A stretch of 64,000 nucleotides of DNA from Nocardioides sp. Its GTDB lineage: Bacteria; Actinomycetota; Actinomycetes; Propionibacteriales; Nocardioidaceae. Positions 1 through 10,648 of this stretch are shown one piece after another (position 1 is the stretch's first letter; each line of letters opens with the position of its first letter). The notes under the pieces are model-generated. The model was not told the DNA's origin, searched no databases, and saw only the letters and a list, made by a program, of their open reading frames with translations. The position numbers and the translations under genes were made by a program. The stretch spans positions 76,680-140,679 of the forward strand of contig NZ_JAWKJQ010000006.1 in the NCBI RefSeq assembly GCF_041393715.1, written 5' to 3'.

Positions 1-1899
1 CACGGGCGGGATGTCGGACGGGCTGCGGGTCGGCGAGCCGGTCCAGGCCGGCCGGACCGGGCGGCGCCGCAGGGGCTCGAAGACCCGAGCGACCTCCTCC
101 TTGTCCAGCGTCTCCTTGTCGATCAGCTCGAGCACCAGCGAGTCGAGGACGTCGCGGTTCTCCTCGAGGATGTCGGAGGCCTCCTGGTGGGCGTCGGCCA
201 GCAGCTTCTTGGTCTCCGCGTCGACGACGGCGGCGACCTCCTCGGAGTAGTTGCGGCTGTGGCCGAGGTCGCGGCCGAGGAACGGCTCGGAGTTGGAGTC
301 GCCGAGCTTGATGGCGCCGAGCCGCTCGGTCATGCCGAACTGGGTCACCATCGCCCGGGCCAGCGCGGTGGCCTTCTCGATGTCGTTGCCGGCACCGGTC
401 GTCGGGTCGTGGAAGACCAGCTCCTCCGCGGCGCGGCCACCGAGCATGTAGGCGAGCTGGTCGAGCATCTCGCCGCGGGTGCGGGCGTACTTGTCCTCAT
501 CGGGCAGCACCATCGTGTAGCCCAGCGCGCGCCCGCGCGGCAGGATCGTCACCTTGTGCACCGGGTCGTTGCCGGGCAGCGCCGCCGCGACCAGGGCGTG
601 GCCGCCCTCGTGGTAGGCGGTGATGAGCTTCTCCTTCTCGCTCATCAGGCGGGTACGCCGCTGCGGACCGGCGATCACCCGGTCGATCGCCTCGTCGAGC
701 GACTCCTCGGTGATCAGCCGGGCGTTGCTGCGGGCGGTGAGCAGCGCGGCCTCGTTGAGGACGTTGGCGAGGTCGGCACCGGTGAAGCCCGGGGTGCGGC
801 GGGCGACGCTCATCAGGTCGATGTCGGGCGACATCGGCTTGCCGCGCGCGTGGACCTGCAGGATCTTGAAGCGGCCGTTGAGGTCGGGGGCGTCGACCTG
901 GATCTGGCGGTCGAAGCGACCGGGCCGGAGCAGCGCGGGGTCGAGGACGTCGGGACGGTTGGTGGCGGCGATCAGGATCACGCCGCCGCGGACGTCGAAG
1001 CCGTCCATCTCGACCAGCAGCTGGTTGAGGGTCTGCTCCCGCTCGTCGTGACCGCCACCCATGCCGGCGCCGCGGTGCCGGCCCACGGCGTCGATCTCGT
1101 CGATGAAGACGATGGCCGGGGCGTTCTCCTTGGCCTGCTCGAACAGGTCGCGGACCCGGCTGGCGCCGACACCCACGAACATCTCGACGAAGTCCGAGCC
1201 GGAGATGGAGTAGAACGGGACGCCGGCCTCTCCCGCGACCGCGCGCGCCAGCAGCGTCTTGCCGGTGCCCGGCTGGCCGTAGAGCAGCACGCCCTTGGGG
1301 ATCTTGGCGCCGACCGCCTGGAACTTGCCGGGCTCCTGGAGGAACTCCTTGATCTCGCCGAGCTCCTCGATGGCCTCCTCGCAGCCCGCCACGTCGGCGA
1401 ACGTCGACTTCGGCATGTCCTTGGAGATCAGCTTGGCCTTGGACTTGCCGAACTGCATCACGCCGCGGCCGGTGCCGCCCTGCACCTGGTTCATCAGCCA
1501 GAGGAACACCAGCACGATGATCACGAACGGAAGCAGGCTGAACAGCAGCGAGGTGATCAGGCTGGGCTGCGGGTTCTCGGAGTTGGCCGACTCGATCTTG
1601 CCGGCCTGCACCTGCTCGGCGACCGAGGCCAGGATCGACTCCTGCTGCCCGTCGATCCAGTGCGTGGAGACCTTGAGTCCGCCGCTGCGCTGCACCGAGT
1701 CGTCCAGGGTCGCCTTGATCTCCTGGTCACCGTCGATGAAGCTGATCTCCTTGACCTGCCCGCTGTCGATGTAGCTCTGCATCCGGGAGGTGTCGATCTC
1801 GTCGTAGCCGCCGTTGGGCGCGATGAACTGCAACGCCACCAGGACACCGGCGACGGCCAGGATGATCCACAGCCAGGGACCCTTGAACAAACGCTTCAC
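1..1899 (-). CDS. ftsH: ATP-dependent zinc metalloprotease FtsH (3' end runs off the window)
   Basis: Reverse strand from GTG 1899 reads [13 protein letters not shown]; two TM segments, Walker [10 protein letters not shown], zinc motif HEGGH; follows hpt as in core actinobacterial synteny. Confidence 0.96.
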   Translation of the reverse strand, partial: MKRLFKGPWLWIILAVAGVLVALQFIAPNGGYDEIDTSRMQSYIDSGQVKEISFIDGDQEIKATLDDSVQRSGGLKVSTHWIDGQQESILASVAEQVQAGKIESANSENPQPSLITSLLFSLLPFVIIVLVFLWLMNQVQGGTGRGVMQFGKSKAKLISKDMPKSTFADVAGCEEAIEELGEIKEFLQEPGKFQAVGAKIPKGVLLYGQPGTGKTLLARAVAGEAGVPFYSISGSDFVEMFVGVGASRVRDLFEQAKENAPAIVFIDEIDAVGRHRGAGMGGGHDEREQTLNQLLVEMDGFDVRGGVILIAATNRPDVLDPALLRPGRFDRQIQVDAPDLNGRFKILQVHARGKPMSPDIDLMSVARRTPGFTGADLANVLNEAALLTARSNARLITEESLDEAIDRVIAGPQRRTRLMSEKEKLITAYHEGGHALVAAALPGNDPVHKVTILPRGRALGYTMVLPDEDKYARTRGEMLDQLAYMLGGRAAEELVFHDPTTGAGNDIEKATALARAMVTQFGMTERLGAIKLGDSNSEPFLGRDLGHSRNYSEEVAAVVDAETKKLLADAHQEASDILEENRDVLDSLVLELIDKETLDKEEVARVFEPLRRRPVRPAWTGSPTRSPSDIPPV

Positions 1900-2062
1900 A
1901 GGTTTCTTTCACACGGTCGGGGGTGGGCTGCACACACGGTCGGACGACCCTGCCGTGCCTGCCTTCCAGGAGAGACTGACGACGGTACACGGACCGCCGC
2001 AATCGCGGGGCAGGTTCCATTGTCTCAGGCCGGTGCCGCCCGGCCGTCGCCGAGGCCGTCCC

Positions 2063-2614
2063 TCAGGAGTAGACGTGCGGAGCGAGGGTCCCGATGTCGC
2101 GCAGGTTGCGGTAGCGCTCGCGGTAGTCGAGGCCGTAGCCGACCACGAACTCGTTGGGGATGTCCCAGCCGACGTACTTGACCGGAACCGACATCCGGGC
2201 CGCCTCGGGCTTGCGGAGCAGGGTGGCGATCTCCACGCTCGCGGGGTTGCGTGAGCTCAGGTTGGAGACCAGCCAGCTCAACGTCAGGCCGGTGTCGATG
2301 ATCTCGTCGACGACGAGGACGTGCCGGTTGGTGATGTCGGTGTCGAGGTCCTTGAGGATGCGCACGACGCCGCTCGACTTGGTGCCGGAGCCGTAGGACG
2401 ACACCGCCATCCAGTCCATCTCGACGTGCCGGTCGAGGGCGCGCGCGAGGTCGGCCATCACCATCACCGCCCCACGCAGGACGCCGACCATCAGCAGGTC
2501 GCCGTCGGCGTAGTCGCGACTGATCTGCTGCGCCATCTCGGCCAGCTTGGCCTGGATCTGCTCCTCGGTGTAGAGCACGTTGACCAGGTCGTTCTCCACG
2601 TGGGACGCATCCAT
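2063..2614 (-). CDS. hpt: Hypoxanthine phosphoribosyltransferase
   Basis: MDASHVENDL start; VLVVDEIIDTGLTL PRPP-binding motif; FVVGYGLDY; TAGGCT -10 box 7 nt before ATG (leaderless). Confidence 0.96.
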   Translation of the reverse strand: MDASHVENDLVNVLYTEEQIQAKLAEMAQQISRDYADGDLLMVGVLRGAVMVMADLARALDRHVEMDWMAVSSYGSGTKSSGVVRILKDLDTDITNRHVLVVDEIIDTGLTLSWLVSNLSSRNPASVEIATLLRKPEAARMSVPVKYVGWDIPNEFVVGYGLDYRERYRNLRDIGTLAPHVYS

Positions 2615-2660
2615 GGGCGGCAGCCTACGGGCCGAGGCTCCTGCTCGGCGACGGCATCCG

Positions 2661-2726
2661 CGATAGTCCGCTACGTTCGGCACCGGTTGCGGCGCCCCAG
2701 GTGGTGCCGAACGTAGCGGACTATCG
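2661..2726. repeat. REP-like inverted-repeat doublet, copy 1
   Basis: CGATAGTCCGCTACGTTCGGCACC (2661-2684), 18-nt spacer, perfect reverse complement (2703-2726); second copy at 28724-28789. Confidence 0.85.
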
Positions 2727-3695
2727 GAGCCTCGGGCCGGAGAAGAGGAGCCGACCCTCGTCGCGGCGGGCTCGGACGTGGCCCGGGAGGTCGATCCAGC
2801 GCTGGCCGTGCCAGTCGGTGACCAGCGCGTCGACGGCCAGCACGTGCTCGCGGAAGAGCTCGGCCGGGGGCGCGCCCGCCTCCAGCGCCGCGAGTCGGAG
2901 GATGCGCCGGCGCAGCGCGGGAGGCAGCGTGGCCAGGTCGGCGACCGGGAGCGGCCGCTCGAGGCCGGCGTACGTCGACGCGGCCAGGTCGTCGAGCAGC
3001 TCGGCGTCCTCGCGGAGCCCGTCGGCGGTGCGCGCCAGCGCCGCGGCCACACCGGGGCCGAGCTCGGCCTCGAGCACCGGCAGCACCCGGGTGCGCACCC
3101 GCGACCGGAGGAACCGCGGGTCGACGTTGTGAGGGTCCTCCCAGACGTCGATCCCCTCGGCCAGGCAGGCGGCCACCGTGTCGTCGCGGGCCACGTCGAG
3201 CAGCGGCCGCCGGTAGCCGTCGAAGGAGCGCCGCATCCCGGCGAGCGCGCGCCCACCGGACCCCCGGGCCAGCCCCAGCAGCACGGTCTCCGCCTGGTCG
3301 TCGCGGGTGTGCCCGAGCAGCACCGCCGCGGCGCCGAACCGCTCGGCGACCTCGCCGAGCACGGCGTACCTCGCCTCCCGGGCGGCCGCCTCCGGACCGA
3401 GTCCCTCGGCGGTCACCTGCACCCGCGCGCCGACCGTCTCGGCGACGCCGAGAGCGGCCATCTGGGCGACCACCCGCTCGGCGTGCGCCGCGGAGCCCTC
3501 CTGCAGCCCGTGGTCGACGGTGGCGCCCACCACCCGCCAGCCCGCGCGCTCGCCCTCGGCGACGGTGGCGGCCAGCAGCGCCAGCGAGTCGGCGCCGCCG
3601 GAGCAGGCCACCAGCACCACGTCGCCCGGCTCCAGGTCGGCCAGCGCACGGCGTACGCCGGCCCGGCAGGCGGCCACCGCGGGGTGCAGACCCAT
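2721..3695 (-). CDS. tilS: tRNA(Ile)-lysidine synthetase
   Basis: ACSGGADS PP-loop, VDHGLQ, GHTRDDQAETV; next to hpt. Confidence 0.95.
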   Translation of the reverse strand: MGLHPAVAACRAGVRRALADLEPGDVVLVACSGGADSLALLAATVAEGERAGWRVVGATVDHGLQEGSAAHAERVVAQMAALGVAETVGARVQVTAEGLGPEAAAREARYAVLGEVAERFGAAAVLLGHTRDDQAETVLLGLARGSGGRALAGMRRSFDGYRRPLLDVARDDTVAACLAEGIDVWEDPHNVDPRFLRSRVRTRVLPVLEAELGPGVAAALARTADGLREDAELLDDLAASTYAGLERPLPVADLATLPPALRRRILRLAALEAGAPPAELFREHVLAVDALVTDWHGQRWIDLPGHVRARRDEGRLLFSGPRLR

Positions 3696-3707
3696 CGTCG
3701 GGGCGGC

Positions 3708-4733
3708 TCAGCCCAGGACCCGCGCCATCCAGGCGTCGGGGTCGTGGATCTCGGCCTTGGAGGGCAGGTGGTCGGGCGTGGCCCAGATCGCGTTGAACTC
3801 GGCCATCCCGGCCTTGTCGACCACCGTGCGCACGAAGGCCGCGCCGTCGCGGTACTGCGCCATCTTGGCCTCCATGCCGAGCAGCCGCCGCAGCAGCCGG
3901 TCGATCGACCCGGCACCCTTGCGGCGGCGGTTGAAGGACGCGCGGATCGACGTGACCGACGGGATGACGGAGGGGCCGACGCCGTCCATCACCACATCGG
4001 CATGCCCCTCGAGGAGGGACATCACCCCGGTGACCCGGTCGAGGATCTCCCGCTGCTCGGGCGTGCTCATCGCCTCGGCGATGCTGCCGCCGCCCCCGCG
4101 CACCGCTTCGGCGATGCGGCCGATGACGTCCTCGGCCATCTTCGAGGGCTCGATGGTGTCGGTCAGCCGGCCGATCTCCGCGGCGAGGTGGTCACGCATC
4201 CACGGCACCGCGGTGAACTGCACCCGGTGGGTCTCCTCGTGCAGGCACACCCAGAGCCGGAAGTCCGTGGGGTCGGCGCCGAGCTCGCGCTCGACGTGGA
4301 CGATGTTGGGCGCCACCAGCAGCAGCCGGCCGGCCGGGTCGAAGAACGGGTCGAACTGGCCCAGCACCTTGCCGGCCAGGAACCCCAGCACCAGGCCCAC
4401 CTCGGCTCCGGTGACCCGCGACCCGATCGCCAGCGCCATCCCGGTCGGCGGGCCGCGCCGCTCGGTCAGCTTGGCGGCCACCGGGTCGAGCAGGGTGGCG
4501 AACGACTCGGCGTTGGCGCGCACCCAGGCGGCCCGGTCGACGACGAGCACCGGTGCGGTGTGCTCGGCGGCGGTCAGGCCGGTGAAGTCGCGCACCAGCC
4601 CGGTGGAGCGCTCCGCGCCCGCCCGGAGCTCGGCGACGCACGCGTCCGCCTCGGCGGCGGTCACGGGCGGGCCCTCACCCGCGAGCCGGGTGCCGGTGGC
4701 GACCGCGACCTCCCAGTCGACCATGGACGTCAT
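3708..4733 (-). CDS. Zinc-dependent metalloprotease-like protein (DUF2342/Zincin_2)
   Basis: CLHEETHRVQF HExxH motif, LLEGHAD; conserved position between dacB and tilS. Confidence 0.85.
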   Translation of the reverse strand: MTSMVDWEVAVATGTRLAGEGPPVTAAEADACVAELRAGAERSTGLVRDFTGLTAAEHTAPVLVVDRAAWVRANAESFATLLDPVAAKLTERRGPPTGMALAIGSRVTGAEVGLVLGFLAGKVLGQFDPFFDPAGRLLLVAPNIVHVERELGADPTDFRLWVCLHEETHRVQFTAVPWMRDHLAAEIGRLTDTIEPSKMAEDVIGRIAEAVRGGGGSIAEAMSTPEQREILDRVTGVMSLLEGHADVVMDGVGPSVIPSVTSIRASFNRRRKGAGSIDRLLRRLLGMEAKMAQYRDGAAFVRTVVDKAGMAEFNAIWATPDHLPSKAEIHDPDAWMARVLG

Positions 4734-4792
4734 GGGCCGACCCTATGCGGTGGCACCTGGGGTGGGCCCGACACGGGCGCTGCGCGCGCTCC

Positions 4793-6307
4793 TCACCCGC
4801 CGGAGCCTCGCGCGTGGGCGCAGTGGCACTGCGCCAGGTCGGCGGCCAGCGCGTCGAGCCCGGCACGCACGGCCAGCGTGTCCGGGAGGGCGAAACGGTC
4901 GGCGGCCACCACGAACGCCAGGGTGTCGCCGTCGGCGTCGGTGGCCACCCCGGCCAGGCTGGACACCCCGCTCAGGGTGCCGGTCTTGGCGCGCACCAGC
5001 CCGCGACCCGGCAGGGCTCCGCCCGCGAACCGCACGGTGAGCGAGCCGGTGGCGCCGGCGACCGGCAGACCGGTGAGGATCGCCCGCAGCTCGGGGTGGC
5101 CCGGGTCGGCCGCGACGCGCAGCACCTCCAGCAGCGTGGCAGGGTCGAGCCGGTCGGCGCGCGACAGGCCGCTGCCGTCGTGGATGCGGGCACCCTTGAG
5201 CGGCACGCCGAGGCTCCCCAGCTCGGCGCGTACGCCGGCCGTGCCGGCCTCGAAGGAGCCGGTGCCGGACGTCGCGATCCCGACGTGGCGCAGCAGCACC
5301 TCGGCACCTTCGTTGTCGCTGGTCTCGAGCACGCGCTCCACGATCTGTCCCAACGGAGCGCTCGCCACCGTGGCGAGCTCCGCCTCGGACGCCGGCGCCC
5401 GTCCCGCACGCACGGGGCCGGCCACGGTGATGCCGCGCCGCTCCAGCGCCCGCCGGAACACCCCGGCCGCGGCCGCCGCCGGGTCGTCGACCCGGCCGAA
5501 ACCGGTGGCCGGGCGGCCGCCGTCGACCCAGAGCGCGGAGATCGGCGCCACGACGCCGTCGGGCACGTAGTCGGCCTCCCAGGTCGGGGCCGCGGCCGGG
5601 CCGGAGAACAGGCTGGCGTCATAGCGCAGCCGCACGGTGGCGCCCCTGCCCAGCGCCTCGGCGGTCTGCCGGGCGAGGGTCTGCAGGTCCGGCCGGTCGG
5701 GATAGATCGCCGGGCCGGAGTCCGGGCGGCTCGCCAGCGTCGGGTCGCCGCCGCCCACGAGCACGATCTGCTTGCCCGCCCCCTGCAGCACCCGCGTCTC
5801 GAAGACGTGGTCGGGACCGAGCGCCTCGAGGGCGGCCGTCGAGGTGAGCAGCTTGAGGGTCGAGGCGGGGATGATCGGCGCCGTCCCCGAGGAGAAGACC
5901 GTGCGCCCGTCGGACAGCTCGGCCACCCGGGCGACGACGTGCGGACCGAAGGCGGGATCGCTCAGGCCGGGCCGCAGCGCCTGCCGGACGGCTTCCCGGT
6001 CGGCTCGGCCGAGGTCGGGCCGTTCGAGTGGCTCCGCGACGGCAGCGGGCGGCGCCGGGGTCGGTGGGTGCACGCCCACGATCGCCGGCGTGGGCTCCGG
6101 GGTCGGCGTGGGAGTCGGCGAGGAGGACTCACCCGGGCCGGGGGCGACGAGCTCCGGGAGGCTGGGGGCCTGGGGGTCGAGCCGGTCCCACGCCGCGAAC
6201 CCGCCGGCCACCACGACCAGCAGGCCGAGCAGCACCGCGAGTCGCCGGCGCCAGGGAGAGCGCCGGGAGTCGCCGTTGTCGGGCCGGTCCGGGCCGCGTC
6301 GGGCCAC
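4793..6307 (-). CDS. dacB: D-alanyl-D-alanine carboxypeptidase/endopeptidase (peptidase S13, PBP4)
   Basis: PASTLKLLT (SxxK), [16 protein letters not shown]; N-terminal TM segment; start estimated at GTG 6307. Confidence 0.92.
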   Translation of the reverse strand: MARRGPDRPDNGDSRRSPWRRRLAVLLGLLVVVAGGFAAWDRLDPQAPSLPELVAPGPGESSSPTPTPTPEPTPAIVGVHPPTPAPPAAVAEPLERPDLGRADREAVRQALRPGLSDPAFGPHVVARVAELSDGRTVFSSGTAPIIPASTLKLLTSTAALEALGPDHVFETRVLQGAGKQIVLVGGGDPTLASRPDSGPAIYPDRPDLQTLARQTAEALGRGATVRLRYDASLFSGPAAAPTWEADYVPDGVVAPISALWVDGGRPATGFGRVDDPAAAAAGVFRRALERRGITVAGPVRAGRAPASEAELATVASAPLGQIVERVLETSDNEGAEVLLRHVGIATSGTGSFEAGTAGVRAELGSLGVPLKGARIHDGSGLSRADRLDPATLLEVLRVAADPGHPELRAILTGLPVAGATGSLTVRFAGGALPGRGLVRAKTGTLSGVSSLAGVATDADGDTLAFVVAADRFALPDTLAVRAGLDALAADLAQCHCAHARGSGG

Positions 6308-6456
6308 GCCATCCCCTCCCCTCGTGCACGTTGACCGCCATTGTGCGGGAGACTGCTCCCATCGGCCCATGGTGGTCGGTCCGCGGCGCCCGCGCGGACG
6401 ACCCCCGTGGCGACACAGAGCGAGCACGAGCCGGCAAGACCTGGGAGGCAGAGGCG

Positions 6457-6963
6457 ATGGAGTTCGACGTACTGGTGGAGATCCCGAAGGGGAGCCGCAA
6501 CAAGTACGAGGTCGACCACGACAGTGGCCGGATCCGGCTGGACCGGACGCTGTTCACCTCGACGCAGTACCCCGCGGACTACGGCTACATCGAGGACACC
6601 CTGGGCCTGGACGGCGACCCGTTGGACGCCCTGGTGCTGCTGATCGGCGAGCCGACGTTCCCGGGCTGCCTGATCCGCTGCCGCGCGATCGGGATGTACC
6701 GGATGACCGACGAGGCGGGCGGTGACGACAAGGTGCTCTGCGTGCCGGTCACCGACCCCCGGCTCGAGCACATGCGCGACATCAACCACCTCCCGAAGTT
6801 CGACCGCCTCGAGATCGAGCACTTCTTCACCGTCTACAAGGACCTCGAGCCCGGGAAGTCGGTCGAGGGCGCGGAGTGGACCGGCCGCACCGAGGCCGAG
6901 GCCGAGGTGCGCGCGTCGTTCGCGCGCTACACCGAGTCGCACGCGGAGCCCGAGGAGGGCTGA
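6457..6963 (+). CDS. ppa: Soluble inorganic pyrophosphatase (family I)
   Basis: [27 protein letters not shown]. Confidence 0.96.
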   Translation: MEFDVLVEIPKGSRNKYEVDHDSGRIRLDRTLFTSTQYPADYGYIEDTLGLDGDPLDALVLLIGEPTFPGCLIRCRAIGMYRMTDEAGGDDKVLCVPVTDPRLEHMRDINHLPKFDRLEIEHFFTVYKDLEPGKSVEGAEWTGRTEAEAEVRASFARYTESHAEPEEG

Positions 6964-6966
6964 CCC

Positions 6967-8275
6967 TCAGGGGCGGGCGTAGAAGTTCGGCGTGATCCAG
7001 TAGTACATCGACTCCTCGCTCACCGGTCGTCCGGTGCGGGGAGCGTGGATGATCTTGCCGTCACCGACGTAGAGCGCCACGTGGTAGATCGAGCTCGGGC
7101 TGCTCGAGCTGCCCCAGAACACCAGGTCTCCCGGCTGGAGCGACGACGCGGAGATCGGTGTGGACTGCTGGTACTGCGCCACCGAGTAGTGCGGCAGCGA
7201 CTTCCCGCCGGCGCGCCAGGCTCCCATGGTCAGCCCCGAGCAGTCCCAGGCGTCCGGTCCGGCCGCCCCCCAGCGATAGGGCTCGCCGAGCTGCGCGCGG
7301 GCGAAGGCGATCGCGGCGGACGCGCCGCCGGACGGGGCCGGCGGGGCGGGTGCGGGCTGCGGGTCGGGGGTCGGGGCCGGCTGCGGGTCCGGGCTGGGGT
7401 CGGGGCTCGGGGACGGGTCCGGCTGGGGGTCGGCGGCGGGCTGGTCGGTGCCGGCGGCGCCCCCCGTGGTGTCGGGCTGGTCGGCCGCCTCCTGCGCGGC
7501 CGCGGCGGCCGCGGCCTCGGCGGCGGCCTCCTCCAGGGCCTTCTGCCGCTGCTCGGCCAGGGCCACGCTGATGCCCTGCAGGCGCGCCAGCTCGGCGACC
7601 AGCTCGGCCTTGCGGGCGGCCACCTGCTGGGCGTTGGCGGCCGCGGCGGCCTCGGCCCGGCGGGCCTCGTCGCGCGCGGTGCGCGCGGCCTCCTCGGCCT
7701 GGCTCGCCTGCTGCCGCGCCTGCTCGGCCTGGGTGGTGGCCACGTCGGCCAGCGTGGAGGCGGCACGGTAGGCGTCGAACTTCGCCGCGATCGCGTCCTG
7801 CGCGTTCTCCATGGTGTAGGTCTCGTCGACGACCTCGGAGAAGCCCTGCGCGTCGACCATCGCGGAGAGCGCGTTGAGCTCGGGCGACTGCTGGTAGCTG
7901 GCGGTCAGCGCGTCGGCGTACGCCGCCCGCTGGGTCTCCAGGTCGGACTGCGCCTCCTCGGCTCGACGCTCGGCCAGCGCGACCTGCTTGCGGGCCTGCC
8001 GAAGGTGGTAGCGCGCCCCGTTGTAGGCCTCGGCGGCCTGCCCCGCCGCGATCGACTGCCGCCGGAGCTCGTCGTTGGCGAGCACCAGGTCGGCCTGGAC
8101 CGTAGCCACGTCGCGAGCCTTGCCGTCGGCGGCCGCCTTGGCGTCGGCGACCTCCCGGACGACTGGGCGTGTCGCCGTCGGCGAAGGCGACGCCGGTCAG
8201 CGTCGAGCCCGCGACGCCGGCGGCCAGGAGCAGCGCGGTCAGCGAGAGCGCGCGGCGGCGGATCGGTCCGGGCAC
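6967..8275 (-). pseudogene. Secreted NlpC/P60 (C40) peptidoglycan hydrolase with coiled-coil region; apparent +1 frameshift near 8156
   Basis: Signal peptide in ORF 7061..8275; coiled coil and catalytic domain (DCSG, YHVALY, IHAP) in ORF 6967..8109; removing one base gives PSRREVADAKAAADGKARDVATVQ. Could be a sequencing error. Confidence 0.8.
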
Positions 8276-8320
8276 GAAGCCCCCTTCGTCGGCGTGGAGT
8301 CGTGGTGAGGTCGTGGGGGC

Positions 8321-8350
8321 GCCTCGGGCGACTTCCCCATCGCCCGAGGC
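8321..8350 (-). promoter_or_regulatory. Leader hairpin upstream of NlpC/P60 gene (11-bp stem, loop TGGGGAAG)
   Basis: GCCTCGGGCGA-TGGGGAAG-TCGCCCGAGGC on the minus strand. Confidence 0.5.
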
Positions 8351-8546
8351 ACTTCCGGCACGCTAGTGCGCTCCAGTCACAAAAGAAACACTTTTCACAG
8401 AAAACGTCAGGAATCACGGCGTGTCGGCTTGACGAACTACACCGTTGTCATTCGTCCGACCGCCTCGGCGCAGGGTCCGAGGCGCGCCGACGCGACCAGG
8501 TCGCCCGGGTGGACGCGCGGCAGCCGGCGGGGTCGGCGGCCGAGGC

Positions 8547-9587
8547 TCAGGTGGTCTCGAGGACCGGCGGCGCCTCGGCGGGCCGCGCGCCGGCCCGCCG
8601 GTCGAAGTTCTGACCGCTGACCACGCCGCCGATGTAGAAGGAGACCAGGGCGATCACGATGCCGGCCACATCGTCGGCGACGTAGTGCCAGCCGAAGTAG
8701 AGCGTGGCCACCACGGTCACCGCGAAGTTGGCCCACAGCAGGCGCGAGATCAGCTTCGACCGCAGCGTGGCGTGGGCCATCATCGCGACCAGCATGGTGA
8801 TCGCACAGTGCAGGCTCGCGAAGCCGGCGACCGACTGCACCGCGCCCTCGAGGACGTTGGCGTTGATCACCTCGTTGCGGCCATAGATCAGCGCCTCCAT
8901 CAGCTGCGAGGAGGCCGTCGGGGTGAGGTCGCCGTAGAGCCAGGAGTACTCGAAGCCGGGACCGAGGGTCGGGAGCGCGTAGTACGACGCGGTGCCCAGC
9001 GACCACGCCAGGCACTGCGAGGTGGCGAACCAGTAGCCGTAGCCGATGGTCCGCGACCAGACCAGCCAGGCGGTCAGCGCCAACGGCACCAGCGGCAGGA
9101 ACCAGAGATAGATCGTGGACAGGAAGTGGGCGCTGAGGTCGGTGCCGAGCACCTTGTGCAGGACCACCGCCGGCGGATGCCCGAGGAAGAGCGCCCGGTC
9201 GATGATGAAGAGCTCACGGTCATAGATGCGGTCGCCGAAGAGGGCAGGCAGGAACGACTTGAGGTTCCGGTAGCTGACGTAGGTGAGGTAGAACGTCGCG
9301 ACGCCGGTGATCACCAGCACGGTCCGCTCGCGCGTCCAGTGCTGGCGGATCCGCGCGCGCATCATCTCGGGCATCAGCCGCGGCCGGAACCGCGACGCCC
9401 ACAGCGTGCGCGGGATCAGGTCGGCGGCGAACGCCCCGGCGATCAGCATCGGCAGTCGGACCCAGGCCGGGCCGAGGAACCCGTCGGGGTCGGCCAGACC
9501 GCGGCCCAGATGGGTGGCGGCCAGCAGCGCGAGGGCGCCCATGGACAGCGCAACGCTCCAGAGCAGGATCTGGGCGCGGCGATACAC
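8547..9587 (-). CDS. PAP2-superfamily multi-TM protein (Aur1/IPC-synthase-like)
   Basis: Multiple TM helices; GFASLH and GWHYVADD motifs; TAGACT 6 nt before GTG. Confidence 0.8.
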   Translation of the reverse strand: MYRRAQILLWSVALSMGALALLAATHLGRGLADPDGFLGPAWVRLPMLIAGAFAADLIPRTLWASRFRPRLMPEMMRARIRQHWTRERTVLVITGVATFYLTYVSYRNLKSFLPALFGDRIYDRELFIIDRALFLGHPPAVVLHKVLGTDLSAHFLSTIYLWFLPLVPLALTAWLVWSRTIGYGYWFATSQCLAWSLGTASYYALPTLGPGFEYSWLYGDLTPTASSQLMEALIYGRNEVINANVLEGAVQSVAGFASLHCAITMLVAMMAHATLRSKLISRLLWANFAVTVVATLYFGWHYVADDVAGIVIALVSFYIGGVVSGQNFDRRAGARPAEAPPVLETT

Positions 9588-9616
9588 CCCGACAGTCTAG
9601 GGATGGCCGGGGACGG

Positions 9617-10648
9617 TCAGGACGGGGCCAGGGTGGCCAGCCGGGTGGCGTCGACCGCGAGGCGTACGACGTCGCCCGGGCCCAGGTGGCTGCCGAGTGG
9701 CGCCACCGCCTCGATGCGGCCCACGCCGGTCACGTCGACGAGCAGGCGCAGCTGCTCGGCGGCCGACCGGGCGGCCACCACGACCCCGGACAGCGGACCC
9801 TCGCCACCGGCGCGCAGCGCCGACCGGCGGACGGCCACGTCGCCCCCGGTGGCCAACCCCGCGGCCGCGAGCACCGACCCGGCCGCGTCGCCGGTCAGCA
9901 CGCTGGCGTAGCCGAGGAACAGGGCCGTCTCGGCGTCGACCGGCGCCCGCCAGACCTCGGCCACCGACCCGTGCTGGACGACGCGGCCGGCACGCATCAC
10001 GGCCATCGTGTCGGCGACCGCGAACGCCTCTTCCTGCTCGTGGGTGACCAGCACCGTCGTGGTCCCGGCGTCGCTGAGGATGCCGCGCAGGTCCTCGGCC
10101 AGCCGGGCGCGCAGCGTCGCATCGAGCGCCGACAGCGGCTCGTCGAGGAGCAGCGCCTTTGGGTCGGCGGCCAGCGCCCGGGCCAGCGCGACCCGCTGTC
10201 GCTCACCGCCCGAGAGGGTCGCCGGGAGCCGGTCGTCGTAGGACGAGAGGCCGACGAGGTCGAGCAGCTCGGCGACCCGCCGGCGTACCTCGTCGGCGGG
10301 AGCGCGACGCACCTTCAGCGGGTAGCCGACGTTCTGGGCGACCGTGAGATGGGCGAACAGCTGGCCGTCCTGGAACATCAGGGCACAGCCGCGCCGGTGC
10401 GTCGGGACGCCCGCGAGGTCGCGTCCGTCGAGGAGCACCCGGCCCTCGGTGAGCGGCTCGAGGCCGGCGATGCCGCGCAGCAGCGTCGACTTCCCCGACC
10501 CCGAGGGACCCAGCACGGCGAGGACACCCCCCGCCGGGACGGTCAGCGACACGTCGCGGACCACCGGCACGCCGTCGTAGTCGAGCCCGACGTCCTCCAG
10601 CCGGAGCTCTCCCGCGTGCTCGACGGTCGTCGCGGGCGTCATGGTCAC
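9617..10648 (-). CDS. thiQ: Thiamine ABC transporter ATP-binding subunit
   Basis: GPSGSGKS, LSGGERQRVALARAL, LLDEP; GTGA overlap with permease stop. Confidence 0.88.
   Translation of the reverse strand: MTMTPATTVEHAGELRLEDVGLDYDGVPVVRDVSLTVPAGGVLAVLGPSGSGKSTLLRGIAGLEPLTEGRVLLDGRDLAGVPTHRRGCALMFQDGQLFAHLTVAQNVGYPLKVRRAPADEVRRRVAELLDLVGLSSYDDRLPATLSGGERQRVALARALAADPKALLLDEPLSALDATLRARLAEDLRGILSDAGTTTVLVTHEQEEAFAVADTMAVMRAGRVVQHGSVAEVWRAPVDAETALFLGYASVLTGDAAGSVLAAAGLATGGDVAVRRSALRAGGEGPLSGVVVAARSAAEQLRLLVDVTGVGRIEAVAPLGSHLGPGDVVRLAVDATRLATLAPS

Noticed and set aside
2063-3256. Possible tilS-hpt fusion (397-aa ORF)
   Set aside because: The extension is out of frame with tilS; hpt has its own -10 box and ATG at 2614.
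187-5570. Long plus-strand ORFs 187..2181 and 2778..5570
   Set aside because: Antisense shadows of ftsH, tilS, DUF2342 and dacB; no recognisable motifs.
8280-8470. c-di-AMP (ydaO) riboswitch or MtrA/GlnR box upstream of NlpC/P60
   Set aside because: No ydaO consensus elements found; the GTCAC/TTCAC-like words are not in 11-bp phase.
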